This document shows positions 47,508 through 56,441 of a stretch of DNA of 64,000 nt, piece after piece. The stretch spans positions 123,813 to 187,812 of the forward strand of contig DAOQWY010000004.1 in NCBI GenBank assembly GCA_035342335.1. Reading direction: 5' to 3'. The stretch's first letter is position 1; each line of letters opens with the position of its first letter. The translations under genes and the position numbers were made by a program. The notes below the pieces were generated by a model. It saw only the letters and a program-made list of their open reading frames with translations. It was not told the DNA's origin and did no database searches. Source of the stretch: Bacteroidales bacterium (GTDB taxonomy: Bacteria > Bacteroidota > Bacteroidia > Bacteroidales > JAGONC01).

Positions 47508-49136
47508 ATGGATCAATGGGTTTTATTGGGTGATGAGGCGATTGCACAGGGAGCCATCGATGCTGGCCTGACCGGCATTTATGCTTATCCCGGCACCCCT
47601 TCCACCGAGATAACCGAATACGTTGAACGCTCCCGGGAGGCTCGCCAGCGGCAGATCAAGGCCACCTGGTGTGCCAATGAGAAAACAGCCATGGAATGCG
47701 CCATAGGCCTATCCTATGCGGGAAAACGGGGCATGGCCTGCATGAAGCATGTCGGCCTGAATGTAGCTGCGGACCCTTTCATGAACTCAGCCATCACCGG
47801 AGCCAATGGGGGCCTTTTGGTGGTCAGCGCTGATGATCCGTCGATGCATTCTTCACAGAATGAGCAGGATTCGCGCTTTTATGGAAAATTTGCCATGTTG
47901 CCCATTCTTGAACCCGGCAATCAGCAGGAAGCATACGACATGGTCCATGAAGGGTTCAGCCTATCTGAACGGTTGAAACTTCCTGTTCTGATCCGCATCA
48001 CTACACGACTTGCCCATTCCCGCGCCGTGGTGAAGCGCAGCCAGAAGGTCGTGGGTCAAAATCAGATCCGGTTGCCCGATAATCCGATGCAATACATTCT
48101 TTTGCCCGTCAGCGCCCGGAAACGTTATAAAGAGTTGCTTGCCAAGCAGGAAAAGGTGATCAGCGAGGCAGAAGGATCCAGGTTCAACCACTGGACCGAC
48201 GGTCCTGACCGATCCCTGGGGATCATTGCAGCCGGCATTGCCTTGAATTATCTTCTTGAGAACTATGATGACCGAAAGTGTCCTCATCCGGTGGTGAAGA
48301 TCGGGCAGTATCCCATGCCACGGACAATGATGGAAAAACTTTACAGTTCCTGCGAACGGATCCTCGTTCTGGAGGATGGTTATCCCTTTATCGAAGAACT
48401 TTTGAGGGGGTACCTCAATGACGGCAAGAAGATCGTGGGCAGGATGGATGGTACGCTCCCGATGGAAGGTGAGCTGAATCCCGGCAAGGTTGCCAGGGCC
48501 CTTGGACTGCCGTTGCAACCGGGATTGCCTGTGCCTGAAGGGATTGTTTCGCGTCCGCCGTCGCTCTGCAAGGGATGCCCTCATATTTTTTCGTTCAATG
48601 CCCTGAATGAAGCGGTGAGTTCGTTTTCGAAGGGCCGGGTTTTCTCCGATATCGGATGTTATTCGCTGGGTGCCCTGGCACCCTATCAGGCCATCAATTC
48701 GCTGGTCGACATGGGTGCTTCCATCACCATGGCCAAAGGCGCCTCGGATGCCGGCTTGGTCCCTTCCATTGCCGTCATTGGGGATTCCACATTCATCCAC
48801 TCAGGCATAACCGGCCTGGTGGATGCAGTGAACAGCCGGTCACCCATCACCGTGGTGATCCTGGATAACCAGACCACAGCCATGACAGGAGGCCAGCCTT
48901 CCCTGGCTTCGCCCAGGATTGAAACCATATGTGAGGGAACTGGCGTTGAAAAGGACCATATCCATATCCTGAATCCCATTCCCAAAAACCACGAGACGAA
49001 TCTGAACATCATACGGCAGGAGCTCGAATATAAAGGTGTTTCAGTGATCATACCCCGGCGGGAGTGCATCCAGACTGCCGCCAGGAAATTAAAGCAGGCC
49101 AGGAGTCAGAAGCCGGTCAGAGAGGAGATCGCATGA
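47508..49136 (+). CDS. iorA: Indolepyruvate:ferredoxin oxidoreductase alpha subunit (TPP enzyme)
   Basis: 542 aa with YPGTPSTEI, CKGCPH and the TPP-binding stretch GDSTFIHSG...LDNQTTAMTGGQ. Confidence 0.88.
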   Translation: MDQWVLLGDEAIAQGAIDAGLTGIYAYPGTPSTEITEYVERSREARQRQIKATWCANEKTAMECAIGLSYAGKRGMACMKHVGLNVAADPFMNSAITGANGGLLVVSADDPSMHSSQNEQDSRFYGKFAMLPILEPGNQQEAYDMVHEGFSLSERLKLPVLIRITTRLAHSRAVVKRSQKVVGQNQIRLPDNPMQYILLPVSARKRYKELLAKQEKVISEAEGSRFNHWTDGPDRSLGIIAAGIALNYLLENYDDRKCPHPVVKIGQYPMPRTMMEKLYSSCERILVLEDGYPFIEELLRGYLNDGKKIVGRMDGTLPMEGELNPGKVARALGLPLQPGLPVPEGIVSRPPSLCKGCPHIFSFNALNEAVSSFSKGRVFSDIGCYSLGALAPYQAINSLVDMGASITMAKGASDAGLVPSIAVIGDSTFIHSGITGLVDAVNSRSPITVVILDNQTTAMTGGQPSLASPRIETICEGTGVEKDHIHILNPIPKNHETNLNIIRQELEYKGVSVIIPRRECIQTAARKLKQARSQKPVREEIA

Positions 49137-49726
49137 AAAAAGATATCATCCTTGCAGGCGTTGGAGGGCAGGGAGTCCTTTCCATTTCTGCCCTCATTGG
49201 GTTGGCCGCAATGAAAGCCGGTCTGTTTCTCAAACAGGCTGAGGTACACGGGATGAGCCAGCGTGGCGGAGAAGTCCACTCTCACCTGCGTATGTCCAAT
49301 ACCGAAATAGCTTCCGACCTGATCCCTGAGGGGAAGGCCGATCTGATCCTATCGGTCGAACCCATGGAAGGACTGCGTTACCTTCCCATGCTGTCAGGCG
49401 ATGGTTGGCTGGTTACCAATACCCAGCCCTACGTCAACATTTCCAACTACCCTGATCTGGAAATGATCCTCAGGGAAATTGAAAAAGTACCCCGCCATCT
49501 GGCGCTCAATGCTGAGGAGATGGCTAAGGACCTGGGCTCCACCAGAATGATGAACACCATGATGCTCGGCGCTTCCGTACCTTTTTTGATGATCCCTTTC
49601 GAAAAATTCGGTGAAGCCATCGCTGATTTTTTTGCCTCTAAAGGCCAGGAATTGATCGATCTTAACCTGGCTGCCTTACGCAAAGGATATGATTTTGCAG
49701 TGAAATTCACTGATCCTTTAATCTAA
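49133..49726 (+). CDS. iorB: Indolepyruvate:ferredoxin oxidoreductase beta subunit
   Basis: It starts MKKDIILAGVGGQGVL...HGMSQRGG. It has an ATGA overlap with iorA, and the track ORF starts earlier at 49064. Confidence 0.88.
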   Translation: MKKDIILAGVGGQGVLSISALIGLAAMKAGLFLKQAEVHGMSQRGGEVHSHLRMSNTEIASDLIPEGKADLILSVEPMEGLRYLPMLSGDGWLVTNTQPYVNISNYPDLEMILREIEKVPRHLALNAEEMAKDLGSTRMMNTMMLGASVPFLMIPFEKFGEAIADFFASKGQELIDLNLAALRKGYDFAVKFTDPLI

Positions 49727-49807
49727 TTCCGTTACTTTTGCGACGGCGGACGGAAATAAGACTGTACCCCGGTAATGAGTTCTTTTAATTTTACCCTACC
49801 CCTGCAC

Positions 49808-49960
49808 GGGGGTGTGTCATAAGTACTTAACCACTAAGGAACACGAAGGTTTTCACAAAGGGACACAAAGTAATATTACTGATTATCAATCCCTTAGTGT
49901 TCCTTCGTGAAGCACTTTGAGTACCTTTGTGTTTAAAGTATGTATTTTGACACAACCTCG
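49808..49960 (-). repeat. Palindromic intergenic element B, an inverted copy of element A
   Basis: Its reverse complement aligns with 46557..46706 end to end. Its right terminus TTTTGACACAACCTCG matches the terminal repeat of element C. Confidence 0.85.
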
Positions 49961-49995
49961 ACGGGGGAGGGGTATTAATATCTGCTGGTCACTGC

Positions 49996-51246
49996 ATGAA
50001 GAGAGTACTTGAAATCGTCATACTGCTGCTGATATCGCTGGCAATTATTTTTCTTATTCGTTATTTCATACGGGATGAATACATGGAGGCTCCCCCTGCT
50101 GATCCCCCGCCTCCTCAGATGAAGTATGGGATCGTGATCGATTCTTTCAACCTGTTTAACCGTACCGTTTTGAAAGATCAGAACCTGTCGGATATTCTGA
50201 CATATTATGGTGTTGATTATCAGACAGTTGATAATATCATCAGGCTCAGTCAGCCTGTCTTTGACCTGAGAAAGCTGCGGACGGGGAATAGTTATACGGT
50301 CATGTGCGGTGACGATGCTGATCAACAGGCACATTACCTGGTCTATGAGGATTCCCCTGTTTCCTATGTCGTTTACCGGCTGACCGATTCGCTCTGCGTG
50401 TACAGGAACGTGAAGGATATCAAGCGAATCGTGACGACCACCCACGGATCGATCAGTTCCTCCCTGTGGAATGCCATGATCGGGAGCGGTGCCGACCCTG
50501 CCCTGGCCATGGAGCTTTCGGATATTTATGCCTGGACGGTCGACTTTTTTGGGATACAAAAGGGGGATACCTACGATGTGCTATACGAGCAGCTGATTGC
50601 GGAAGGGGACACGATCGGCATCGGCAAGGTGCTGGCTGCCTGCCTGAACAATGACGGCCATCCGTTTTATGCTTTCCATTTCGTTCAGGACAGCGTGGCG
50701 GGGTATTACGATGAGCAGGCCAGGAACCTGCGGCGGGCCTTCTTAAAAGCACCGCTGGAGTACCGGAGGATCAGTTCCAAATTCTCGCACAGCCGTTATC
50801 ATCCGGTACTGAAGATCCGGCGCCCTCATCACGGGGTGGATTATGCGGCACCTGTCGGAACCCCTGTCCGGACCATCGGCGACGGGGTGGTGGTTCAGAT
50901 GTCGTACCAGAAAGGGGGAGGAGGGAGAATGATCAAAATAAGGCATAATACCACTTATACCACGATTTACATGCACCTTCACGGGTATGCCAAAGGCATG
51001 AGGGAGGGACTTCGTGTCAGGCAGGGGGACGTGATCGGGTATGTTGGCTCCTCGGGTTTATCCACCGGACCGCACCTGGATTTCCGGGTGTATAAAAATG
51101 GCACTCCCATCGATCCCCTGAAGATGGAATCCCCCCCGGCCGATCCGGTGAAACCGGTTTACAGGCCACAGTTCGACAGCCTAAGGATGGAATACACCAG
51201 GCAGCTTACACAAAAAAATCAGGGGATAACAAATGTTACCCCCTGA
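49996..51246 (+). CDS. M23-family metallopeptidase (LytM-type), membrane anchored
   Basis: 416 aa with an N-terminal TM helix. It has HHGVDYAAPVGTPV and GSSGLSTGPHLDFRV. Confidence 0.9.
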   Translation: MKRVLEIVILLLISLAIIFLIRYFIRDEYMEAPPADPPPPQMKYGIVIDSFNLFNRTVLKDQNLSDILTYYGVDYQTVDNIIRLSQPVFDLRKLRTGNSYTVMCGDDADQQAHYLVYEDSPVSYVVYRLTDSLCVYRNVKDIKRIVTTTHGSISSSLWNAMIGSGADPALAMELSDIYAWTVDFFGIQKGDTYDVLYEQLIAEGDTIGIGKVLAACLNNDGHPFYAFHFVQDSVAGYYDEQARNLRRAFLKAPLEYRRISSKFSHSRYHPVLKIRRPHHGVDYAAPVGTPVRTIGDGVVVQMSYQKGGGGRMIKIRHNTTYTTIYMHLHGYAKGMREGLRVRQGDVIGYVGSSGLSTGPHLDFRVYKNGTPIDPLKMESPPADPVKPVYRPQFDSLRMEYTRQLTQKNQGITNVTP

Positions 51247-51261
51247 TGAAGGATTTTTGAC

Positions 51262-51402
51262 TTTACGAGGTTGTGTCAAAAGGGATTATTATAATGAAAA
51301 CCGCAAAGACGCAAAGACGCAAAGTCCTCATAATCAATATTTTTTTTCTTAGCGGCTTCGCGGCTTTGCGGTGTAAAATGACTTTTGACACAACCTCGTA
51401 AA
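51262..51402. repeat. Palindromic intergenic element C with perfect 21-bp terminal inverted repeats
   Basis: TTTACGAGGTTGTGTCAAAAG (51262..51282) is the exact reverse complement of 51382..51402. The core has CGCAAAGA x3 (51302..51324) facing GCGGCTTCGCGGCTTTGCGG. It lies between convergent gene 3' ends. Confidence 0.9.
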
Positions 51403-51412
51403 ACAGTTACTC

Positions 51413-52846
51413 TTACGGAACCAATTCTGTTCCCCCAGCCCACCAAACCTTGTAGTTATAGACGAAGTTCTCGTCTCCGAGATACTGTGAAGGCACGTTA
51501 TCGGGATTCGATGACACTTCGCTCAGTGCAAACGGGAACCTGTTGACGAAACCTTTTGTGGCGTTGTTTGGATTATGCATCGTCGGTATGCCTGTACGGC
51601 GGTAGTCGTTGTAGGCCTCGATCGCTTCAAATTCATAGAACGCAATGTATTTCTGCGTGATGAGTTCCTTCAGTTCATTTCCCGGTATCCTGGGTGCCAC
51701 TTCGTTGAGGATGTAATCCTCTGCCCCTTCAACACCGTGGAAGGCAAAGTTGGCTGCAATGGCCTCGCCAAACGAATAGGCCCAGGATGCATCTCCCTTC
51801 ATCAATTTCGCTTCGGCTTCAATGAACTTCAGCTCGTGATAGGTCATCAGCGGGATGGGAGCTGTACGTCCGTTTTCAGTGATCAGCGATGTTGAGTACG
51901 TCCCACCCTGGTTTTCTACGGCTGTGCCATTGGGTGCCGGATTGTAAGCATCCTCGATCTGAGTGAAATAGGCAGCGATACGCGGGTCGTTCCGTTCATT
52001 CATCAGGTTGAACAATGTTTGTCCAGCGGAGAGATGGGTCCTGTCGTTGAGGAACTGGTACCAGGGATTTTCGCCTGATGCAGTGGCCTCAAAGGCATCG
52101 AACAGGAAGTTATCATCACTGCTTTGAAAGCCATTGGCAAGATAATTCAGGGCTTCTGTTGCAGCAGCAGCGCCATTGATCTTTGACAGGCGCAGGGCAT
52201 AACGTGCTTTCAGCGACCAGGCTGCTTTGATCCAGGCGTTTTGATCACCGCCGTAGATGTAATCGGCAGAAGGGATCTTGTTCACCGTTTTGCCCAGGTT
52301 CACAATGGCATCATCCAGCATGGCCTGTATCTTGGGATACAGTTCGGATTGCTTGTCGTATTTCGGCTGAAGGATTTCAGCGCCCATGAGGGCCTCTGTC
52401 CAGGGCACTTCACCCCACATGTCGGTGGCCACTGCCAGGTTATAGGCGGTCAGTACCTGGGCAATCCCTCTTGCCCAGTAGTTTTCAGGTTCCGTGCCAT
52501 CCGGAGCGGTTTTGGTCAGAATGTCTTTCAGCTCATTCATAACATCATACAGACCGTTCCAGTTGTTGTTCATTAGCGAGGCATCGTTCTGGGCCTGGCG
52601 TTTGTCAGCTACGGCTGACTGGGCCCAGGTGCCGGCACTGTGTTCGATATACACGGTGGCATACCAGGCGATATCACAGCCGGTGGTTTCAAAGGCTGTT
52701 TTCAGGATGGCATCCGGAAGAATACTCCCGGCTTCCATATTCAGTGCATCGTTTCGCTCCATGTCGATTTCATCCATCTTTTCATCGCTGCAGGCGAAAA
52801 GACTGAGACCAAGAGCGGTAACCAGCAATATTTTTAGTGTTTTCAT
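51413..52846 (-). CDS. SusD/RagB-family outer-membrane lipoprotein (pair 1)
   Basis: 477 aa. It has the lipoprotein signal LGLSLFAC and lies immediately downstream of a SusC-like gene. Confidence 0.88.
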   Translation of the reverse strand: MKTLKILLVTALGLSLFACSDEKMDEIDMERNDALNMEAGSILPDAILKTAFETTGCDIAWYATVYIEHSAGTWAQSAVADKRQAQNDASLMNNNWNGLYDVMNELKDILTKTAPDGTEPENYWARGIAQVLTAYNLAVATDMWGEVPWTEALMGAEILQPKYDKQSELYPKIQAMLDDAIVNLGKTVNKIPSADYIYGGDQNAWIKAAWSLKARYALRLSKINGAAAATEALNYLANGFQSSDDNFLFDAFEATASGENPWYQFLNDRTHLSAGQTLFNLMNERNDPRIAAYFTQIEDAYNPAPNGTAVENQGGTYSTSLITENGRTAPIPLMTYHELKFIEAEAKLMKGDASWAYSFGEAIAANFAFHGVEGAEDYILNEVAPRIPGNELKELITQKYIAFYEFEAIEAYNDYRRTGIPTMHNPNNATKGFVNRFPFALSEVSSNPDNVPSQYLGDENFVYNYKVWWAGGTELVP

Positions 52847-52865
52847 ACGCTATCTGTTTTTTAGA

Positions 52866-55800
52866 TTAGAAAATGATGTTTAAGCCGGCGCCAAAGGAAG
52901 TGGTCTGCGGCAGCGACATGTAATCCATGCCTCCCTGCATGTTTCCCATTCCCTGTGAGGCTTCCGGGTCATAGTTCGGAAGGGTTGTCCACAGGAGAAT
53001 GTTTCGGGCAAACAGGTTGATGGAGAGACCCTGCAGAACAGGTGAAACGAGTTTCTTCGGGAAATTGAAGCCAAGGGTGATGTCCCTGATCTTTACAAAG
53101 GAAGTTTCCCAGATGTTGGATTCCGACATGCTTCCGAACACATCATTGTAGAGGTCCGGGTAAGCGTAGAAATCATCAACGCCACCTCTGACAATGTCGT
53201 TGGGTGTTCCATCGGCTTTCACCGCTTCCAGATCCGGGCAGATGTTGATTACGCCATCCTGTGAAGTCTGTCCGCCAAAGATATAGGGTGTTTCACGGTC
53301 TTCGGTTTCTCCGGAGGCACCATACAGCCTGGTCAGACGATTTGAACCGGAGTACATCTGGCCGCCATCCTTCCAGTCGAGCTGAACGCCCAGGGTGAGC
53401 ATCTTGAAGAAGGTGAAGGTGTTGGTGAAGCTAAGGATGAAATTGGGCGATACATCGCCGATCTTTCCAAAGTCGCCGATCAGGGGCATGCCGTAATAGT
53501 AGCTGTCGGGGTCTTCATCCACCAGGACCTGATTCATAATGGGATCTCCATTTTCATCTTTGGGATGTGCATACTGATTTCCATAAATGGCCGGATAAGT
53601 ATCGCCGGCGGAGGCACGGATGTTCGGTTCCACATACCCGCCCAGTGCGATGTTTTCAACACCTTCGGCGAGTTCTTCACAGACATTCTTGATCTTGGTG
53701 AAGTTTGCAAAGAAGTCCCACTGGAAATTGGAAAGTTTTACCGGTGTCAGGTACAGCACGATTTCGTGCGCTTTTGAGGTCATTTTCCCGGCATTGGTCA
53801 CGTAGGAGGCAAATCCGGTAGATTGTGCCAGGGGAACGGCAAAGATCTGGTCTTCCGCAGTCTGGTCAGAAAAGGTATAATCAAGTCCAATACGGTCGTT
53901 GAATAATTTCAGTTCGATCCCGTATTCGAGTGTTCTGGTATTCTGGGGAACCAGTTCGGGGTCGTAGAGTGTTGTTGTGGGTTTATAACCTGTGACCCCG
54001 CCCAGCGGGAATAGGATCCCGTCGTTCAGGAAGCCGCTGCCTGCGCCTCCCTGGACATAGACCGGCTTATTGTAATTACCGGCCTGTCCGACTTCAGCAT
54101 AGGATACGCGGACCTTGCCAAAATTCAGGATGGTACTGCCCTGCAATCCGGCCAGTTCAGTGAACACCCATCCCAGTGATGCAGAGGGATAGAAGAAGGA
54201 GCGGTTGCCGCTGGGCATGCTTGAAACCACGTCGTTACGTCCTGTGACATTGAGGTAGATCATGCCTTTGTAGTCCAGCGAAAGGTTGCCGAAGAATCCG
54301 ACGGTCCTGTCCCAGTATTTCGACTCATCAGCTGTCTGAGTGGTCGTGTTCGACATGTTGTTCCATCCCGGGAGGGTGAAGCCCGTTCCGAGCATGGTCC
54401 AGTACCTGGATTTATTGTCGATGAATTCATTCCCCAGGATCAGGGATCCGCCAAAATTACCGAATTGCTTGACAAATGTCAATGTTGCCAATGAATTGAT
54501 CACCGTACGCATCACGCCGTAATTATTGATGGATCCGCCGGTCGGTGCCCGATAACCGAAAGTGGTCTTATTGGGATTGGTATAATCGGCTGCCGTGGGC
54601 AGGGCCTGGCCGGTGCCTGCACTTCCCATCTGGTAGATATCTTCGTTATCTGTATTATAGGCATCAATACCGATCTGGTATTTGACCTTCATCCAGTCGA
54701 TGGGTGCGTATTGCAGGTAGGTGTTTCCGAAGAAACGGGTTGTGCCTTCCAGGAACTTGTTGTTTTCCACCGCCCATCTTGGATTTTCACCCACGGCACC
54801 GCGGCGGTAGCTGATCTGGCGGTAATCGCCCAGCGGGCCTTCCAGGTGGTAGGGTGTGCCTACCAGGTCAAAGGAGGCAGGAGCACCATAGACTGTAAAC
54901 AGGTAGCTGGAGTTCCCGGAGGGAATCTTGTTGAGGGTGACATCCGAGAAATTGGCTGAAAATCCGGTTTCCCATTTTTCTCCCATTTTGAAATTACCTG
55001 CTGCTTTGGCATTGTAACGGTCCATCCCGGTGTTTTTGATGATCCCGTTCTGGTTGTTGGCGCTGAAGCCCACGGAATAGTTGCCTGCATTGGTTGCACC
55101 GGCGATGTTGATGCTGTTGGAGAACGTGGATCCGTTCTTGTCATAGAAATTTTCAGGATTGTTGTAAGCAACAGGATCCTGCCAGCCTCCCTTGTAGGGA
55201 TCCCACCATTTTCCTTGTTGCCCGAAGTTGTTTCCACCGTAGGTGGGATCATTGGGCAGATCCGTCAGTTTGGGTCCCCAGGAATAGGAGTTGGCCGCGT
55301 AGAAGTCGTTGTAGTATCCCTGTGCGTAGGTTTGCTGCACTTCAGGAAGGCGGGCGACCACATCGGAGGTAAAATTTGTGGAAAGAGTGACCATGACGGG
55401 TTTTCCTACCTGTGTGGTGGCGCCCTTCTTGGTGGTGATGAGAATCACCCCATTGGAAGCGCGCAATCCATAAAGAGCAGCAGCAGCCTGTCCTTTCAGC
55501 ACACTGATGTTCTCGATGTCGTTGGGATCGATGTCGAGTGCCCGGTTGGAAAAGTAAGCCCCGGTAACATTCTGTGAATAGTCGGGGGTACTGGTAATGG
55601 GCATACCGTCGACAACGTACAGGGGTGTGTTGTCACCGTCGAAAGAACGGGCCCCGCGGATAAAGACGGTGGCGGGTGAACCCGGCATCCCGGAGGATTG
55701 CCGCACCTCAACGCCCGCAAACTTACCCGAAAGGGCCGTTTGCATGTTGGGATTAGCCGTTTTGGACAGGTCTTCACCGGTCACTTCCTGGACGGCATAG

Positions 55801-56159
55801 CCAAGGGATTTTTTCTCCCGTGGAATACCCAGTGCAGTTACGACAACCCCTTCAATGTCGAGGATATCCGGTTCCAGCGATGCATCGATGGTGTTCTCCG
55901 TACCCATCTGGACTTCCAGGGATACCCGGCCGACAAAGGAAAAAACAAGGGATTTTGCCTCCTGCGGGACGGTGAGTTGGTAATACCCATCTTCATTGGT
56001 GGTCGTACCAATGGTGGTGTTTTTCACCAGGACGGTGGCTCCCGGGATGGGTTGCCCATCATCGGAATTGGTTACTGTCCCGGAGATCGTTTTCTGTGCC
56101 TGCACGATGTTCATGCCCATAAAGAGCAGTAGTACAAGCAGTAGGGTAACTTTTTTCAT
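52866..56159 (-). CDS. SusC/RagA-family TonB-linked outer-membrane transporter (pair 1)
   Basis: 1097 aa. It has a signal peptide, a CarboxypepD_reg-like region (ISGTVTNSDDGQPIPGATVLVKNT), a plug (IRGARSF...PLYVVDGMP), and a C-terminal ...GLNIIF. Confidence 0.92.
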   Translation of the reverse strand: MKKVTLLLVLLLFMGMNIVQAQKTISGTVTNSDDGQPIPGATVLVKNTTIGTTTNEDGYYQLTVPQEAKSLVFSFVGRVSLEVQMGTENTIDASLEPDILDIEGVVVTALGIPREKKSLGYAVQEVTGEDLSKTANPNMQTALSGKFAGVEVRQSSGMPGSPATVFIRGARSFDGDNTPLYVVDGMPITSTPDYSQNVTGAYFSNRALDIDPNDIENISVLKGQAAAALYGLRASNGVILITTKKGATTQVGKPVMVTLSTNFTSDVVARLPEVQQTYAQGYYNDFYAANSYSWGPKLTDLPNDPTYGGNNFGQQGKWWDPYKGGWQDPVAYNNPENFYDKNGSTFSNSINIAGATNAGNYSVGFSANNQNGIIKNTGMDRYNAKAAGNFKMGEKWETGFSANFSDVTLNKIPSGNSSYLFTVYGAPASFDLVGTPYHLEGPLGDYRQISYRRGAVGENPRWAVENNKFLEGTTRFFGNTYLQYAPIDWMKVKYQIGIDAYNTDNEDIYQMGSAGTGQALPTAADYTNPNKTTFGYRAPTGGSINNYGVMRTVINSLATLTFVKQFGNFGGSLILGNEFIDNKSRYWTMLGTGFTLPGWNNMSNTTTQTADESKYWDRTVGFFGNLSLDYKGMIYLNVTGRNDVVSSMPSGNRSFFYPSASLGWVFTELAGLQGSTILNFGKVRVSYAEVGQAGNYNKPVYVQGGAGSGFLNDGILFPLGGVTGYKPTTTLYDPELVPQNTRTLEYGIELKLFNDRIGLDYTFSDQTAEDQIFAVPLAQSTGFASYVTNAGKMTSKAHEIVLYLTPVKLSNFQWDFFANFTKIKNVCEELAEGVENIALGGYVEPNIRASAGDTYPAIYGNQYAHPKDENGDPIMNQVLVDEDPDSYYYGMPLIGDFGKIGDVSPNFILSFTNTFTFFKMLTLGVQLDWKDGGQMYSGSNRLTRLYGASGETEDRETPYIFGGQTSQDGVINICPDLEAVKADGTPNDIVRGGVDDFYAYPDLYNDVFGSMSESNIWETSFVKIRDITLGFNFPKKLVSPVLQGLSINLFARNILLWTTLPNYDPEASQGMGNMQGGMDYMSLPQTTSFGAGLNIIF

Positions 56160-56380
56160 AAATCACCAGTTTTTAGTTTGACATAGTTTGACTACTAGAA
56201 ATTATTACTGTTAATAATTCTCTTAAGATAATGATTTACAATCGATTATAATATAGATTTTTCAAGTATGCAAGATACAAAATAAAATATAATTCACAAC
56301 AGAAATTTTTTTTGCTTTTTAAAAGTTCACTTACCCCGGCCTTCAGGCCGGGAACTAACCTCGGGGTATTCGCTTCAGTG

Positions 56381-56418
56381 AAAAAAAAGAAGGCTGCCCC
56401 GGGATTCGGGGCAGCCTC
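56381..56418 (-). terminator. Rho-independent terminator after SusD pair 2
   Basis: On the minus strand, GGCTGCCCCG-AATCC-CGGGGCAGCC forms a 10-bp GC stem followed by TTCTTTTTTTT. It starts 24 nt after the stop at 56442. A second hairpin, CCCGGCC-TGAA-GGCCGGG, lies at 56335..56352. Confidence 0.85.
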
Positions 56419-56441
56419 CATTTGGCCAGCAGTCTGTGGGA

